A stretch of DNA of 64,000 nt, from IMG/VR virus record IMGVR_UViG_3300002231_000542, positions 1 through 64,000 of that record; one strand, given 5' to 3'. The position numbers and the translations under genes were made by a program. Source of the stretch: an uncultured virus (IMG/VR IMGVR_UViG_3300002231_000542) (Duplodnaviria > Heunggongvirae > Uroviricota > Caudoviricetes). The stretch's first letter is position 1. Each line of letters opens with the position of its first letter. This document shows, one piece after another, positions 9,292 through 20,485 of this stretch. The notes beneath the pieces are model-generated. The model had not been told where the DNA came from. It did no database searches and was given only the letters and a program-made list of their open reading frames with translations.

Positions 9292-10243
9292 CTACGTAAG
9301 CCATTTTGTGTCACCTATTTCATCCTCAATGATGTTAAACCCTTTATATATATCTTCTAACTCAGTTAAGGGCAACAGTTCTAACTCTTGCTTACTGTAA
9401 AGATTAAACTCACTCTCTAGAATTAAAGTTATTAGACTAGAGCATAGTTCCTGATAATGAACCACATTTAAGTCTAACTGATCACCTGTTTTAGCAGGTA
9501 GTCTGACTACCTTTCCCATGAGTAACTTCTCTTTTAAATTATAAAGCTCTTCAGGTTCCTTCTGAGCTAGATCAATAGTAGTGAACTTACCCGGAGCTAT
9601 CTTATATATTTCCGTGATAAGTTCATCTTTCCATTCTAACATATAATCTTTATGAGTACTGCCGACCGTAATAGGTCTCTCACGAATACACTCTTTGAGT
9701 TCCTTCTCCCAAAAAGCTCTTCGTTCTTCATCGAATTGGACTGTAAGTCCAATGTCTAAGTAAACAATCCCCTTCTTATAATCAAAGAAATCTATGTTGA
9801 AATCCTCTCTCTTATTAACTATCAACCTAACATAGTAAGGAACACAGCCATCATTCCTCTCTTTGAAATCATCCTCATCAACACTTGATGGGGCTGTAGA
9901 CATATTTACATGAGAATGCCCATGAGCCCTGGTTGTGTTGGTAATTTTAGCAGCTTTCTCCTTACCAAACCGATTTTCTATTCTCTTCTGGTACTCTGCA
10001 TGAAACTCCTCTGATATATGAACAGATGCCATTGAGACGTATTGTGGAGGGAGCATCACATTAGTGATAACATACACGTTATCCTCCTGAGCTTCTACTG
10101 TCATGTAGAAACCAACTTCAGTCATCCTGCATATGAGTTATTAATACAATATCATCATATGCAGCTTTAGTTATCTCCACCGAAGGAAAATCCTCTTTCT
10201 TTGGTGGCTTCAAATATCTAAACTTACTTTTACTTTTAACCAT
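9292..10243 (-). CDS. JAB/JAMM (Mov34) metallopeptidase; apparent +1 error near 10125
   Basis: TEVGFY (catalytic Glu) and HGHSHVNMSTAPSSVD (= HxH-x7-S-x2-D). The likely true start is ATG 10243 (RBS AAGGAGAG), which joins the 277-aa ORF if one G is removed from CAGGATG. Confidence 0.85.
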
Positions 10244-10275
10244 GTTTACTCTCCTTTTTAATAAATCGTAAAAAC

Positions 10276-10304
10276 ATACTAACATAAATAAAAATTAAAG
10301 TCAA
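10276..10304 (-). promoter_or_regulatory. Sigma70-type promoter of the JAB-E1-Ubl-E2 operon
   Basis: TTGACT-17 bp-TAGTAT with extended -10 TG. Confidence 0.75.
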
Positions 10305-10307
10305 GTG

Positions 10308-11633
10308 TTATTTTAAATATGCTAAAGTATTTTTACGTACCTCTTCTAATGTAATGTCTGCGAGCAGCTCACCATTCTCAAACACTGGGTATAAATCTTC
10401 AGTAAACCTACCTGATTTAGAACGTTTACTTTCATCACCTATTGGACTCTTGAATACAGCTCTAGCTTCACCATCAATAGTTACCTCAGAGCACTTGTAT
10501 GCAAATGCATGAATATCTCTATCTAATCTCTGTAAAAGAGAGCCACCCATACCGAATGCGATATTATCGGCTGAGTACCCATCACTCTCTAACACGAAGA
10601 GAATCTTCTTGATGCTGTCAAAATCAACACCATCACCTTGAAGCACTCTGACATTGTTAAGTACTCTATACCCTTTNTCATTAATCTCATGCCCAAAGGC
10701 GTCGTCTAAGTCTNTTACGCATTCCTTGACAGTGATCGTAGGATCACCAGAATCAGGTCTCACGACCAGCATTCCTTTGAAATCTACCACATCGTCATAT
10801 AGCTCGTCACCCCAGATATTCTGACATGCATTCTCAATATCATAACTATCAGATACACACGCCACAAGTGGTGAGTCTTTATATTGAACTAACATGTTCT
10901 TAAAAGCTTTAGCCTCATTCTCTCGACCCCATGAAGTAATCGTAGAATGCTCTGACGCCGGAATTGAAAAGCTTGCCATATCTTCATGGTAATACTTTTT
11001 AGCGTAGACATTGGCTACCATGGTATCAGAACCTTTGAAGTTCACTAGGTGAGCCATACTACCAATCCCAGCAGACTCAGTGCTTGAGACACCTCTGAAC
11101 CCAAAGCAATGAAGCTTGAGCTCTATATCTTTAGGAGTACCAGTTTTACGAAGGTACTCCATTATTACCTTTCTAATCATTCTAGACTGGGTAGCTACAG
11201 TACATGGATACCATACCTGAACTAGTAGTGTCTCTAGGTAGTTAGTTAACCAGAAACACTCAGGGTCTGTGTTCTCCACTGTAATTAGAGGCTTAGAAGG
11301 AGTATGCACTGAACCTTCCTTTACTGCGCATATCTTGATAGGTAGTTTCCCACCGTGTTCTTTTAAGATATATCTCCAACCTTCCTCGTAGAACATACCT
11401 TTACCCATGTGAGCATCTATAAGCAGCTTGGCTTCCTTAATTTTATCTTCAGTGACTACTACACCTTCTAGATACCGCTTGATCAGATATTGTAGTCCGA
11501 AGAATGTGATATCAACCATTCTTCTAGCTCTTGCCTCGAAATAACTATAGACTGTTTCACATTTTTCTGGATACAGCCTATAATGAGATGTCTTATAACT
11601 ATCTGACATCAGTAAGATATTACCTGTTCCCAT
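10308..11633 (-). CDS. nadV: Nicotinamide phosphoribosyltransferase (NAMPT)
   Basis: DSYKTSHY, TNYLETLLVQVWYP, FGFRGVSS, SIPASEHS, VSDSYD, VRPDSGDP, LQGDG, FGMGG. Confidence 0.95.
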   Translation of the reverse strand: MGTGNILLMSDSYKTSHYRLYPEKCETVYSYFEARARRMVDITFFGLQYLIKRYLEGVVVTEDKIKEAKLLIDAHMGKGMFYEEGWRYILKEHGGKLPIKICAVKEGSVHTPSKPLITVENTDPECFWLTNYLETLLVQVWYPCTVATQSRMIRKVIMEYLRKTGTPKDIELKLHCFGFRGVSSTESAGIGSMAHLVNFKGSDTMVANVYAKKYYHEDMASFSIPASEHSTITSWGRENEAKAFKNMLVQYKDSPLVACVSDSYDIENACQNIWGDELYDDVVDFKGMLVVRPDSGDPTITVKECVXDLDDAFGHEINXKGYRVLNNVRVLQGDGVDFDSIKKILFVLESDGYSADNIAFGMGGSLLQRLDRDIHAFAYKCSEVTIDGEARAVFKSPIGDESKRSKSGRFTEDLYPVFENGELLADITLEEVRKNTLAYLK

Positions 11634-11706
11634 TATTTATTCTCCTTTTGTTTTCTTTTTCTTCATCTTTTTCTTTGCTAAAAATATTTACTTCTAAATT
11701 CTTAAA

Positions 11707-12621
11707 TTATTTCCTTAACCCCCTCCTTACTTTTATTTTCCATATATCTACTATCATAGGTCTGTGTGATTCCATCACACATCCTATTCTATTCCATATA
11801 TCATCTAAATCATACCATTGAACATCATCCAGATCATCATTAGATTCTACTCTACCAAACTGGTACCATCCATAAAACAGAGATGTCACCAATTGATCCT
11901 CGCATCCTCTATATCTCCAGTCATCGCACTTGTAGGACGAGACGTAGTTGAGTCCGTCTACCTCTACATTAGCTTCTTCCATAACCTCTCTTCTACATAG
12001 AGCCTCCACTGTTTCGTAAACATCATGGATGCCCCCTATAAGTCTAAGTTCTCCATCACCGAACTTAGTTCCTAGAAGTACCTGAATTCTGCCCTCATGT
12101 TCTCTAAGAACAGCTACGTCAACAGCATGATACATTACTGGGTACCTATTCTGAGTAGAGTAAATAACCCCTTTCCGGAATAGGTCTGAGTTGATAACTT
12201 CCTGTCCCACTTTCGATCTCATATTAGTAGCAGAAATGTCTGGATGTGCATTAATTTCTAATGTACACGTTCCATGCTTACCATTATATGACTCTAATGA
12301 GTTATCCCTTCCACCATAAATTACAGCAGGTTTACCAGGGTAAACTCTCTGTAATTGCTCATCAATGTCATTTGACCAGTCACTATCACACTTGTAATCC
12401 GGTAAAGGAGTAATCATAGCGTGGGGGTATAGACTACTTAGTAGTCTATACCTAGTTTCATAATCAAGGGGGTGCCTTCTAGTTCCTTTAGTACTAGAAA
12501 CACATACTAATATAACAATTCTCTCATGGAGCTTACTTACTTCATTAATTAATAGCTTATGTCCATATGATAGGCAATGACTTTGAAACCTTCCTATAAT
12601 AACACCTACTGAATCATTCAT
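11707..12621 (-). CDS. nadM: Bifunctional NMN adenylyltransferase / Nudix (ADP-ribose) hydrolase
   Basis: IGRFQ...GH, ISATNMR, Nudix box GG...REVMEEANV, DWRYR. Confidence 0.9.
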   Translation of the reverse strand: MNDSVGVIIGRFQSHCLSYGHKLLINEVSKLHERIVILVCVSSTKGTRRHPLDYETRYRLLSSLYPHAMITPLPDYKCDSDWSNDIDEQLQRVYPGKPAVIYGGRDNSLESYNGKHGTCTLEINAHPDISATNMRSKVGQEVINSDLFRKGVIYSTQNRYPVMYHAVDVAVLREHEGRIQVLLGTKFGDGELRLIGGIHDVYETVEALCRREVMEEANVEVDGLNYVSSYKCDDWRYRGCEDQLVTSLFYGWYQFGRVESNDDLDDVQWYDLDDIWNRIGCVMESHRPMIVDIWKIKVRRGLRK

Positions 12622-12708
12622 GGTGTCTCCTTTTTAATAAAGTTATTAAATACTTAACTAATATAAACACTTTAGCATAATTAAAAATAAATAGCAAGCT
12701 TTATTTTA
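12616..12708 (-). repeat. 93-bp direct repeat copy 2 (promoter + RBS for nadM-nadV)
   Basis: Matches 5881..5973. Confidence 0.9.
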
Positions 12709-12714
12709 TTTTAT

Positions 12715-14440
12715 TTAATCTAACTCATTAATAAACTCTTCCTCTGTATATATCTTAATCCCCTTCTTCTTAGCTTTACCTATCTTACCTGATGTCTTAC
12801 TATTAGTAATAAAGTAATTAGCTTTAGTAAGACTAACCTGCTCTAGCTGGTAATGCTCACAGAATTCTTTCTTATTACCAAACTGTAAAGAACCGCTGAT
12901 ACACACTTTGATCCTACTAACCTCTTCAATCTCATCTACAATATATGACTTAAAGTATTCATACTGTTTCTGAATGTAATCTTTATTCAAGTCTAACGAC
13001 TTCTCTACATTAACGGGGAGTGTTATAGAGACTTTATCATTCTTATGAGCTTCTACTTTCTTACTACTACGCCTACCCAAACTAGGTAGATTCAACACCC
13101 AGAGGAACTCCCAATAACTCAATCCCATATTTTTTAATTTTTTTTCTAACTTTTCCAAAAATTCATTTACCAATTTTATATAATGAGAATTGTCCTCTGA
13201 CACTTTAGAAATCTCAAGTACATCCTCTAGTCGCGGACACTCCTCTGTGAGAAACCGCCTAATATATGACTCACCAAAACCTTTTACGTCACCTATGATT
13301 TCTTTTAGTCTCTGTATCTGCTCTACTCTCTTAGGTAGGCAGTCAGGATTAGGGCACACTTTATCTACTGTATTAATTGTAGAGTGTTCAACTTCAGTAC
13401 CACACTCTGGACAGACTTCCAGTGGTATATCTATAGAGTTACTATTATCTATAAGCGTAATCATCTTAGGGATCACCTCACCCGCTCTAGCTATCTCTAT
13501 CGTAGTACCTTTACCTAGCTTGTTCGCTACTACATTATTCCAGTTATGTAGAGTACACTTACCTATGTCAGCACCAGCTAGATATACAGGGGAAAACACT
13601 GCTACTGGAGTTATAGCACCACCAGCTCCCGCTTGCCAGATAATGTCCTCTATTACGACCTCGGCGGTCTCACCTAGGAACTTATAAGCAAACTCCTCAT
13701 TGTTAGCATCAGTAAGTACTACACCGTCTATAGCAGCAGTGCAATCCTCTTTAGCTGTCTCAAATACCTCCAGTAGTTTCTCTGGAGTAGGGTTCTGTAG
13801 TCTATAATAAGTAGGTACCTCAAATCCCGCCCCCTTTATCTTACGGAGCATTAGCTCCTTATGGAGAGTAGCTTCTTCACCTACAACTACAGTATAACCT
13901 ACAAACTTAATAGTCTTAATATCTTCATTTATGTCTTTCCTATTAAGTATACCTGCAGCTACATTCCTATTAGTAGTCTTATCTTTGGAGACTATTTCAC
14001 CTCGAACAGCCCATAGAGGCACGTCACTTTTGAACATAGCTATTCTATGAAAATTAATTTCTTCGATAAGTACTAACTTGTCAGTTACATCTCTGCCTGT
14101 TTTGCCATCACCTCTAGTGAGAGCTTTCCATAGTTCACCATACTTGAAATATAGTACCACAGAAGAACCATCTAGTTTAGGTGTGACGGTGTACTCTTTC
14201 TGAGGCACTTCATCAGGATGATTTATCTTACTTAGTGACCCGATAGGTTGTTCGGCTAAATGTTTGAAATCAGCTAGTGCATCTATAGCTCCCCAACCAG
14301 TTGAGGAGAGTATCCAATGGTTGGGGTCTTTAGACCGTAGATCATCTATCAATGCGTCAAACTGAGCATCAGTTATGATAGGCGTACCAACGTAGTATGC
14401 TGTAGCCGCTTTTAATTATTTGTTCTGTTGTACTAGTCAT
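12715..14440 (-). CDS. ligA: NAD-dependent DNA ligase; apparent frameshift near 14412
   Basis: KLDG, TRGDG, VRGEI, IDGVV, AYKF, TLHN, GEVIP, CPECG..CPNPDC and a BRCT-like tail. N-terminal YYVGTPIITDAQFD continues upstream to ATG 14440. Confidence 0.92.
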
Positions 14441-14492
14441 TAATCTTCTCCTATTTTAATTAATATAGTTTAATACTAAAAACTAATAACGT

Positions 14493-14521
14493 ATACTAGC
14501 ATTTTTATTTTATTTTGTCAA
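14493..14521 (-). promoter_or_regulatory. Sigma70-type promoter upstream of the ligase
   Basis: TTGACA-17-TAGTAT with extended TG. Confidence 0.75.
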
Positions 14522-14704
14522 TGTTTATTTTTAATTATTTTATTTTATTTTGAGTTTTTTAAAACATGCTCTCAGAAGGCTNAGGATGCCCAGAAATGGG
14601 CGCGAGATGTTAGGTATACCTAGGTATACCTTTTATGCTAAAAATTTACAGATGGCACAACCTAGTAAGCCAAAAATGTACTTACGAGGCTTATAATTTT
14701 ATAT

Positions 14705-15868
14705 TTACGACACATCTGCGTCAGAAAACCAAGTTATCCCTTTTTCAGGTTCAACTATTAAAATTTTCTGGGTAGCAGAACTTATAGTAAGTAATCTTCC
14801 AAGTCCATATTCACCTGCTCCCTTCATCGAACCGCAGACTACAATATGTCCCCCTATTTTTTCTTTAGTTAGAGCTGTATGAAAATGTCCAAGTACTAAA
14901 TAATGGATATGTTTTTGTTGATGGAATGAAATAGTCTCAGTTAAGGAAGAATCGGATTTCTTAATAGAACCTTGTTTGATTTCGGTTCCATGATATATCA
15001 TGAAGTTTCTACCACAGATTTCTTTTTGTGCGAACGCACATCTAGGTAAATCAAATGAAATGTTCTCAAAGTTAGCACACATTAACTTAGCCATGAACAT
15101 AGCTAGATAATCAAAACCAGAGTAAGCGTCTTTGTACTGACGTTGAGAATCAGCTCTTCCGTGATTACCCGCGACTCCTGTGAACTCTATAGTCTCAAAG
15201 TGAGGGGATAGTTTGCATAGTAATTCAGACAGGTACTCAGCCACTATGATACTCTGCTCGGTGACATTAACTCCTGACGCTAATAGTTCCTTATGCATCA
15301 TAGGTGAGTTAGAGATCAGGTCTCCTAACCCGAACACATGTAACTTCTTAAATACACCTTTAGTCTTGATAGTTTCTAGTACTATGTTGTATAGGTTATT
15401 CATTCGCTCTTCAAATATCTCTATACAGTAAGCATTAATGTTCAACATTGCTTCTCTCTTAACCAACTCGCCACCATGAAAATCAGATAGACACACTATG
15501 AGCTCTTCTTGAGTGTTGGCTGAAGGGACTTCTACTAAATAATCTTGAGGAATTTTCCTAGCTGTGATGATGTCACTAAGCGTACCTTCTAGTTTAGTCT
15601 GAAATACTGAAGTCTTAATACCCTGTGTGTATAATTTCTTGAAGTGTGCTACTTCTTCTTTTAGACCTTGTATGAGTACTTGATCGGCATACGATCTTTC
15701 GACAGTTTCTTGTTGTAGCTTAAGTCTTTTCCTGTACCTAGAAATCTCTTTAGTAACTGAAGCTCTTTCTATCCCAAGATGTTCAGCTATCTCAAGTCTA
15801 GTTGACCCTGTCGCTAATAAATTGTATATCTCTAGTTGTCGTGGTGTTAAAATCTTTTCTACATTCAT
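14705..15868 (-). CDS. LuxR-like HTH + calcineurin-like metallophosphoesterase
   Basis: LTPRQLEIYNLLATG..RLEIAEHLGI; SDFH, GDLI, GNHG, YHG, GHFH. Confidence 0.8.
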   Translation of the reverse strand: MNVEKILTPRQLEIYNLLATGSTRLEIAEHLGIERASVTKEISRYRKRLKLQQETVERSYADQVLIQGLKEEVAHFKKLYTQGIKTSVFQTKLEGTLSDIITARKIPQDYLVEVPSANTQEELIVCLSDFHGGELVKREAMLNINAYCIEIFEERMNNLYNIVLETIKTKGVFKKLHVFGLGDLISNSPMMHKELLASGVNVTEQSIIVAEYLSELLCKLSPHFETIEFTGVAGNHGRADSQRQYKDAYSGFDYLAMFMAKLMCANFENISFDLPRCAFAQKEICGRNFMIYHGTEIKQGSIKKSDSSLTETISFHQQKHIHYLVLGHFHTALTKEKIGGHIVVCGSMKGAGEYGLGRLLTISSATQKILIVEPEKGITWFSDADVS

Positions 15869-16022
15869 TTAGTCTCCTTAACTTGTTTCGCAGGTAACTC
15901 ATCCCAATTATCTTTAACGATCTGTTGTGTCCCAGGTTCTAATGGTTCGCAATCCTTCACAAAATCTGTAATTAGATCATATAATTTCTTATTTAACTCT
16001 TTTTCTCTTTCTTCATCTGTCA

Positions 16023-17848
16023 TTACAGTACCTCAAACTGACTTCCTTTATCTGTCAGTTTTACGTTAATTACATTATCAAAAGTCACCATAAGTAGGTA
16101 AAATCTCTATGGTCTATTACTATTACTTGTTTATCCCTACTGTGCGCCCTAGTATCTAGTATATTAACAAACTCTTCTATACCATCATCCTTCATCCAAG
16201 TAGTAGTCTCATCCCATATCTCTAACGGACAGGGGTCTGTTAAATTAGAATTNATCATATCTATCAACCCCATTGATGTAGCTATCCTAATCTTTTGAGA
16301 CTGACCCCCACTATAACATAAGAAGTTAACCTGTTCCGCATTATGCGGTGAGGTTATCAAAGTATTAAATCCTTTTTTAACTTTACCTTTCTTAGTTTCA
16401 CTATCAATGGAGAAAGTTATTTCCCACCCTTCAAGACCTAAAAGTTCTAGGTTATTGTTGACATGAAATTCAAACTCTTTAAATACTTCACCTGCTACGA
16501 ATAATCTTACATCTTTAAAACCTTTTATCCAGTACTTATGCAGTTCTAACTCGTACTCTATGTCTTCAAGTTCTTCTTTATTCTCTTTTATTACCTTCTG
16601 TAAGTTTACCTTATCTTTCCTAGCTTTGACTAACTCCGCTTTATAAGGGTTAATTTGGTTTTCTAACTTATATATTTCATCAGTGTATCTGTTGCACCAC
16701 TCTTCCAGAGCATCAATATCAGCTTTACTTTGAGGGGCTTTAAAATCTGTAGCACTATTAAGTTTATTCCGTTCAGTATAAGCTTCATTGAGTTTAGACT
16801 TGTGTGCATCAATAGACTCTTGAATGTCTCGTAGGCTGTCTACTAATGTTAGAGCTTTCAATTTAATTTCTTTTAGGTCAGTCTTTAACTTTCTACGTTT
16901 ATCACGTAAAAATTTATTATCAACGAACCCACCACATGTAGGGCACTCATCAGTAACATCGTACTCTTCTATGAGTTTTATGATTTGCTTTTCCTTCTGT
17001 TGTACAACTAAACTCTCTGTGTATATAGGAGCTCTAGTTGTCTTACACTTAGCAATATTAGACTCTAATGTCTCTATCAACTTAGCATTCTTAGGTACAG
17101 CCTTACTTTTTACCTTACTAACTTTATCATCATGAAGTAACGCTGTATGATACTGTTTTTTTAATTTTTTAATTTTTAATTTTGTATTATCTAATTTAAG
17201 AATTGCCTGTTCTATGTCGAGCTTACGTCTCTCTTCATAGTCTTTGATCCGGTTCTGAATCATCTTAAAGCTTATCATATCTAAAGAGAGTTGATAACCG
17301 GATAGTTTTCCCTCTAAATATGATTTAGTGTGGGTATGTTTATCCACCAGGTCTTTAGCTCTACTAGACGCTTCTTCCCATTTAGATAAATCTAACATAG
17401 AAGAAAGTATCTGCATCTTTTCAGAAGCTCTTAAGTCTATGAACTTATCTTCCATTTGACATATATGTACAGCTTGGTGGTAGGTGGCGAAGTTGTATCC
17501 AGTAAAGTCATCTAACTCTTCTTGGGTAACTACTTCTGCTNTATCATTATAAGATAGTATCAGTTTGTTTGGTGATTGTGTTCTAGTAATATAACCGCAC
17601 TTATCATCTTTAACAAAGTGTTCAGTAACCCTACACTGTCCTTCATTGTCCCAGTTGACTACACTAGTAGCTGTAAGTTTTCTTGAGGTTTTACCACTAC
17701 GCACCCACGACAAGGCTTCGGGTATAGTAGACTTACCGGCACCGTTGTCACCTACAATGAGCACGAACTTACCTAATTCCTCAAAATTAATAACTTGTTT
17801 CTTTTTAACTGCTTTGAAATTTTCTATTTCTAGGCTAACTGTTCTCAA
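16023..17848 (-). CDS. sbcC: SbcC/Rad50/gp46-like ATPase; homopolymer errors near the 3' end
   Basis: Walker A GDNGAGKST, Zn-hook CPTCG, signature YSGGQ, IWDE, IDH. Confidence 0.9.
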
Positions 17849-18883
17849 TTAAACTCCATCTATTATTTCTTTACCAACTTCAATTAAGTCACCCTCAAGT
17901 TCTCTGTGCTCGCAGTACTTCTCAAGGACTTGCTCAGGTGTGTCTATTTTAAGTTCTACTTTAGGTCTTACATCCCCGCTGGTACTACTCACAGTAGAGT
18001 TTATCTTGTATTTAATTATACCTCTAGTCTCTAACTCCTTTATTAATAAAGTTTTATAAAATGAATATTCACTAATCTCATGATCAGTGAAGACTAGATT
18101 AACCTTAACCATATCTCCTCTAGCTACATCTACTTTATCCAACTCCTTAAATACTTCGGGATCACCTTCAAAAGTGATATTCCATTTTCGGACATTATTT
18201 AATAGTATCTCTTCCCATGTGTTATCCGTTATTGAGAGCATCCTCCCTTGGTACTCATCACCATACTTATGTGCTGTAGGTGCGCCTATGTAGACAACGT
18301 TACCTATCTGCTGTGGTACATGTATATCACCACAAAATACAGTATCGAACTGCTTTACAAAATCTTTCAGAGTCGGCTCTGCTTCTATTACTGAGCTTCC
18401 TCCATAGACAGGAGTATCCACTACTGTCTGGTGCATAAAACATACATTAATAGATGTGGTGTTTAACGTCTCTATACTGTGTAAGTTCTTATCATCACGA
18501 TTAAAATCTATGTGAGGGATGTAAGCTATGTTATTAATAACAGTCACTGAACAGATGTACCTAATATTTGGGTGGAGTTTCAAGAAGCGAAAGAAAGGGA
18601 AATCTGAATCTAAGTAGTCGTGATTTCCTTTTAATATATGAATCTCCAACCAAGGACAAATCTCTAATAGCTTCTCTAACTCATCACATATACGATTAAC
18701 TAATTTAGAAGTGTGCCTATCCTTCTTATCACATAGATCGCCACATAGCACTAGCGTCTTAACATGGTTTATAGTAACGTAATCAGTAATACTTTTAAAT
18801 ATAGACCACTTATACTCATCTTCCTTCTTATCTGTTAAGTGTAAGTCTGTCGTTACTAAATAGCCTGTATCTAATTCTTCCAT
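17849..18883 (-). CDS. sbcD: SbcD/Mre11/gp47-like nuclease
   Basis: TDLH, CGD, GNHD, MHQ, GDIH; abuts sbcC. Confidence 0.9.
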   Translation of the reverse strand: MEELDTGYLVTTDLHLTDKKEDEYKWSIFKSITDYVTINHVKTLVLCGDLCDKKDRHTSKLVNRICDELEKLLEICPWLEIHILKGNHDYLDSDFPFFRFLKLHPNIRYICSVTVINNIAYIPHIDFNRDDKNLHSIETLNTTSINVCFMHQTVVDTPVYGGSSVIEAEPTLKDFVKQFDTVFCGDIHVPQQIGNVVYIGAPTAHKYGDEYQGRMLSITDNTWEEILLNNVRKWNITFEGDPEVFKELDKVDVARGDMVKVNLVFTDHEISEYSFYKTLLIKELETRGIIKYKINSTVSSTSGDVRPKVELKIDTPEQVLEKYCEHRELEGDLIEVGKEIIDGV

Positions 18884-18921
18884 TATATTTCCTCTAATGT
18901 TGTATTAGTCTGCATTAGTTA

Positions 18922-19227
18922 CTACTTCTTATGTACAAAATGAAATATGTAGTAAACATACTCTACAGTACTCTTTTTTAGATTAACAGTATACGCAATC
19001 AACTCGTACTGTTCATAATTTTGAACTGTCTCTTTAAATATCTCTTCTGGTGTTAAACCATCTCTTAGGTATCGAACCTTATAGGACAATACTTCTACTA
19101 CTTTCTTAGTCTCTTTACAGGTATGCTTTAATTCTGTTTTAGGTGCTTCTTTAGTAACACTAGCTTTACACTTACATCCCACTAACACAAGTGCTGCTAT
19201 TACTACGACCATTAGTATTTTCTTCAT
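18922..19227 (-). CDS. Putative lipoprotein
   Basis: MKK + hydrophobic stretch + LVGC lipobox. Confidence 0.6.
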   Translation of the reverse strand: MKKILMVVVIAALVLVGCKCKASVTKEAPKTELKHTCKETKKVVEVLSYKVRYLRDGLTPEEIFKETVQNYEQYELIAYTVNLKKSTVEYVYYIFHFVHKK

Positions 19228-19518
19228 TTATTTCTCCTTTCTCTTAAATAGTTCACAACAATTAAGACTTTCAAAATCTCCATCTACATTTTTACATATA
19301 TAATTATAAAAACAATCTATACAGTGATACTCGTTAACACCACACTCTTTAACTTGATCAAATAGAAGCATTGTACCACCTTCTTCCCAATCACCAGTAT
19401 TTAGATAGGTACAACCACCTGTCATTTGAGGTGGTTGCTCTTTATTGTAATACCAATAAGGGCATACTTTATCATCGTAGCAATAAACTCCGTATGGTAT
19501 CTTACCCTCTAAAGACAA
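19228..19518 (-). CDS. Cys-rich small phage protein
   Basis: IPYGVYCY...CPYW...LLFDQVKECG. Confidence 0.6.
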   Translation of the reverse strand: MSLEGKIPYGVYCYDDKVCPYWYYNKEQPPQMTGGCTYLNTGDWEEGGTMLLFDQVKECGVNEYHCIDCFYNYICKNVDGDFESLNCCELFKRKEK

Positions 19519-19986
19519 TTATTTCTCCTTTTCATAAATGTCATAGTCAGGTAATCTATCAACTGAACTTGTTGGTAGCATCGGTGCTGACTGTGGATTA
19601 TCTTTCTGTAAATCAAATTCTTTAATTAAATTATTCATAGCAATGTCATAGGCATCAAATGCCTTTACACTACTACGATATATCTTACAATCTATAGGGA
19701 CAGACATTCCAGGCTTGTAAACTGTGCTAGAAGCTATAACAACAAACTGATTGTTATGAGCTTTTATCCTATACAAAGCTACCTTCCAGTGTGATAATAT
19801 ATCCTGATACCTAGGGCGTATCATAGGTAAGAAGGGTTCCTTCTTACCATTCTTTACTATCTCTCTATTGATAGCCTTTCTTCTATCACTCTCTTCTTTA
19901 AGTAGAGCCGTTTCATGACGCTTTAGATGTAAATCCTTAAATCCTTGAACTTCGATTACTTCATCAATATACCTTCGCCTCGTCAT
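19519..19986 (-). CDS. Hypothetical protein
   Basis: 155 aa, RBS AAGGAGAG. Confidence 0.6.
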   Translation of the reverse strand: MTRRRYIDEVIEVQGFKDLHLKRHETALLKEESDRRKAINREIVKNGKKEPFLPMIRPRYQDILSHWKVALYRIKAHNNQFVVIASSTVYKPGMSVPIDCKIYRSSVKAFDAYDIAMNNLIKEFDLQKDNPQSAPMLPTSSVDRLPDYDIYEKEK

Positions 19987-20185
19987 GTAAACTCTCCTTT
20001 ATAATTAGTTATCCTCTATAGCTGTTAATAAGTCAGCAATCGCCTCTTCATACTCTTGTACAGCCCGAGGATCACTTGGGTGTTGCTCAATATACTCCTG
20101 TTTAATTCTAAGCATGTGTACATCTGCTTTTAAAGCCAATATAAAAGCTTCGTCTTGATAATTACGATCAGTCATTTAGTTCTCC

Positions 20186-20455
20186 TTATGGGTAAAATAC
20201 GATGCATTCTACACCGCCATCTTCTACTGTCAATACATCTTCTTCTGTGTACCTATGTCTTTTTAATTCTTCAGTTAATTCTTTCTCATAGATAACTTCA
20301 ATGTAGTACCCATCATTTTTATTGTAAGTACGGTTTATAGAAATACCCTGTTCAGTCAATCTATGGTACGCATTCCCTTCTGAATCCTTTGACAGCACTA
20401 CTTCTGCGTCTTGAGACACATCTTTTAAAATATCTAATAACTCAATAACCTTCAT
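20186..20455 (-). CDS. Small phage protein (MKV.EL...L...DSEGN family)
   Basis: 89 aa, RBS GAGGAG. Confidence 0.6.
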   Translation of the reverse strand: MKVIELLDILKDVSQDAEVVLSKDSEGNAYHRLTEQGISINRTYNKNDGYYIEVIYEKELTEELKRHRYTEEDVLTVEDGGVECIVFYP

Positions 20456-20485
20456 ATAAAACTCCTCTCTTTGTACTAATAACTA

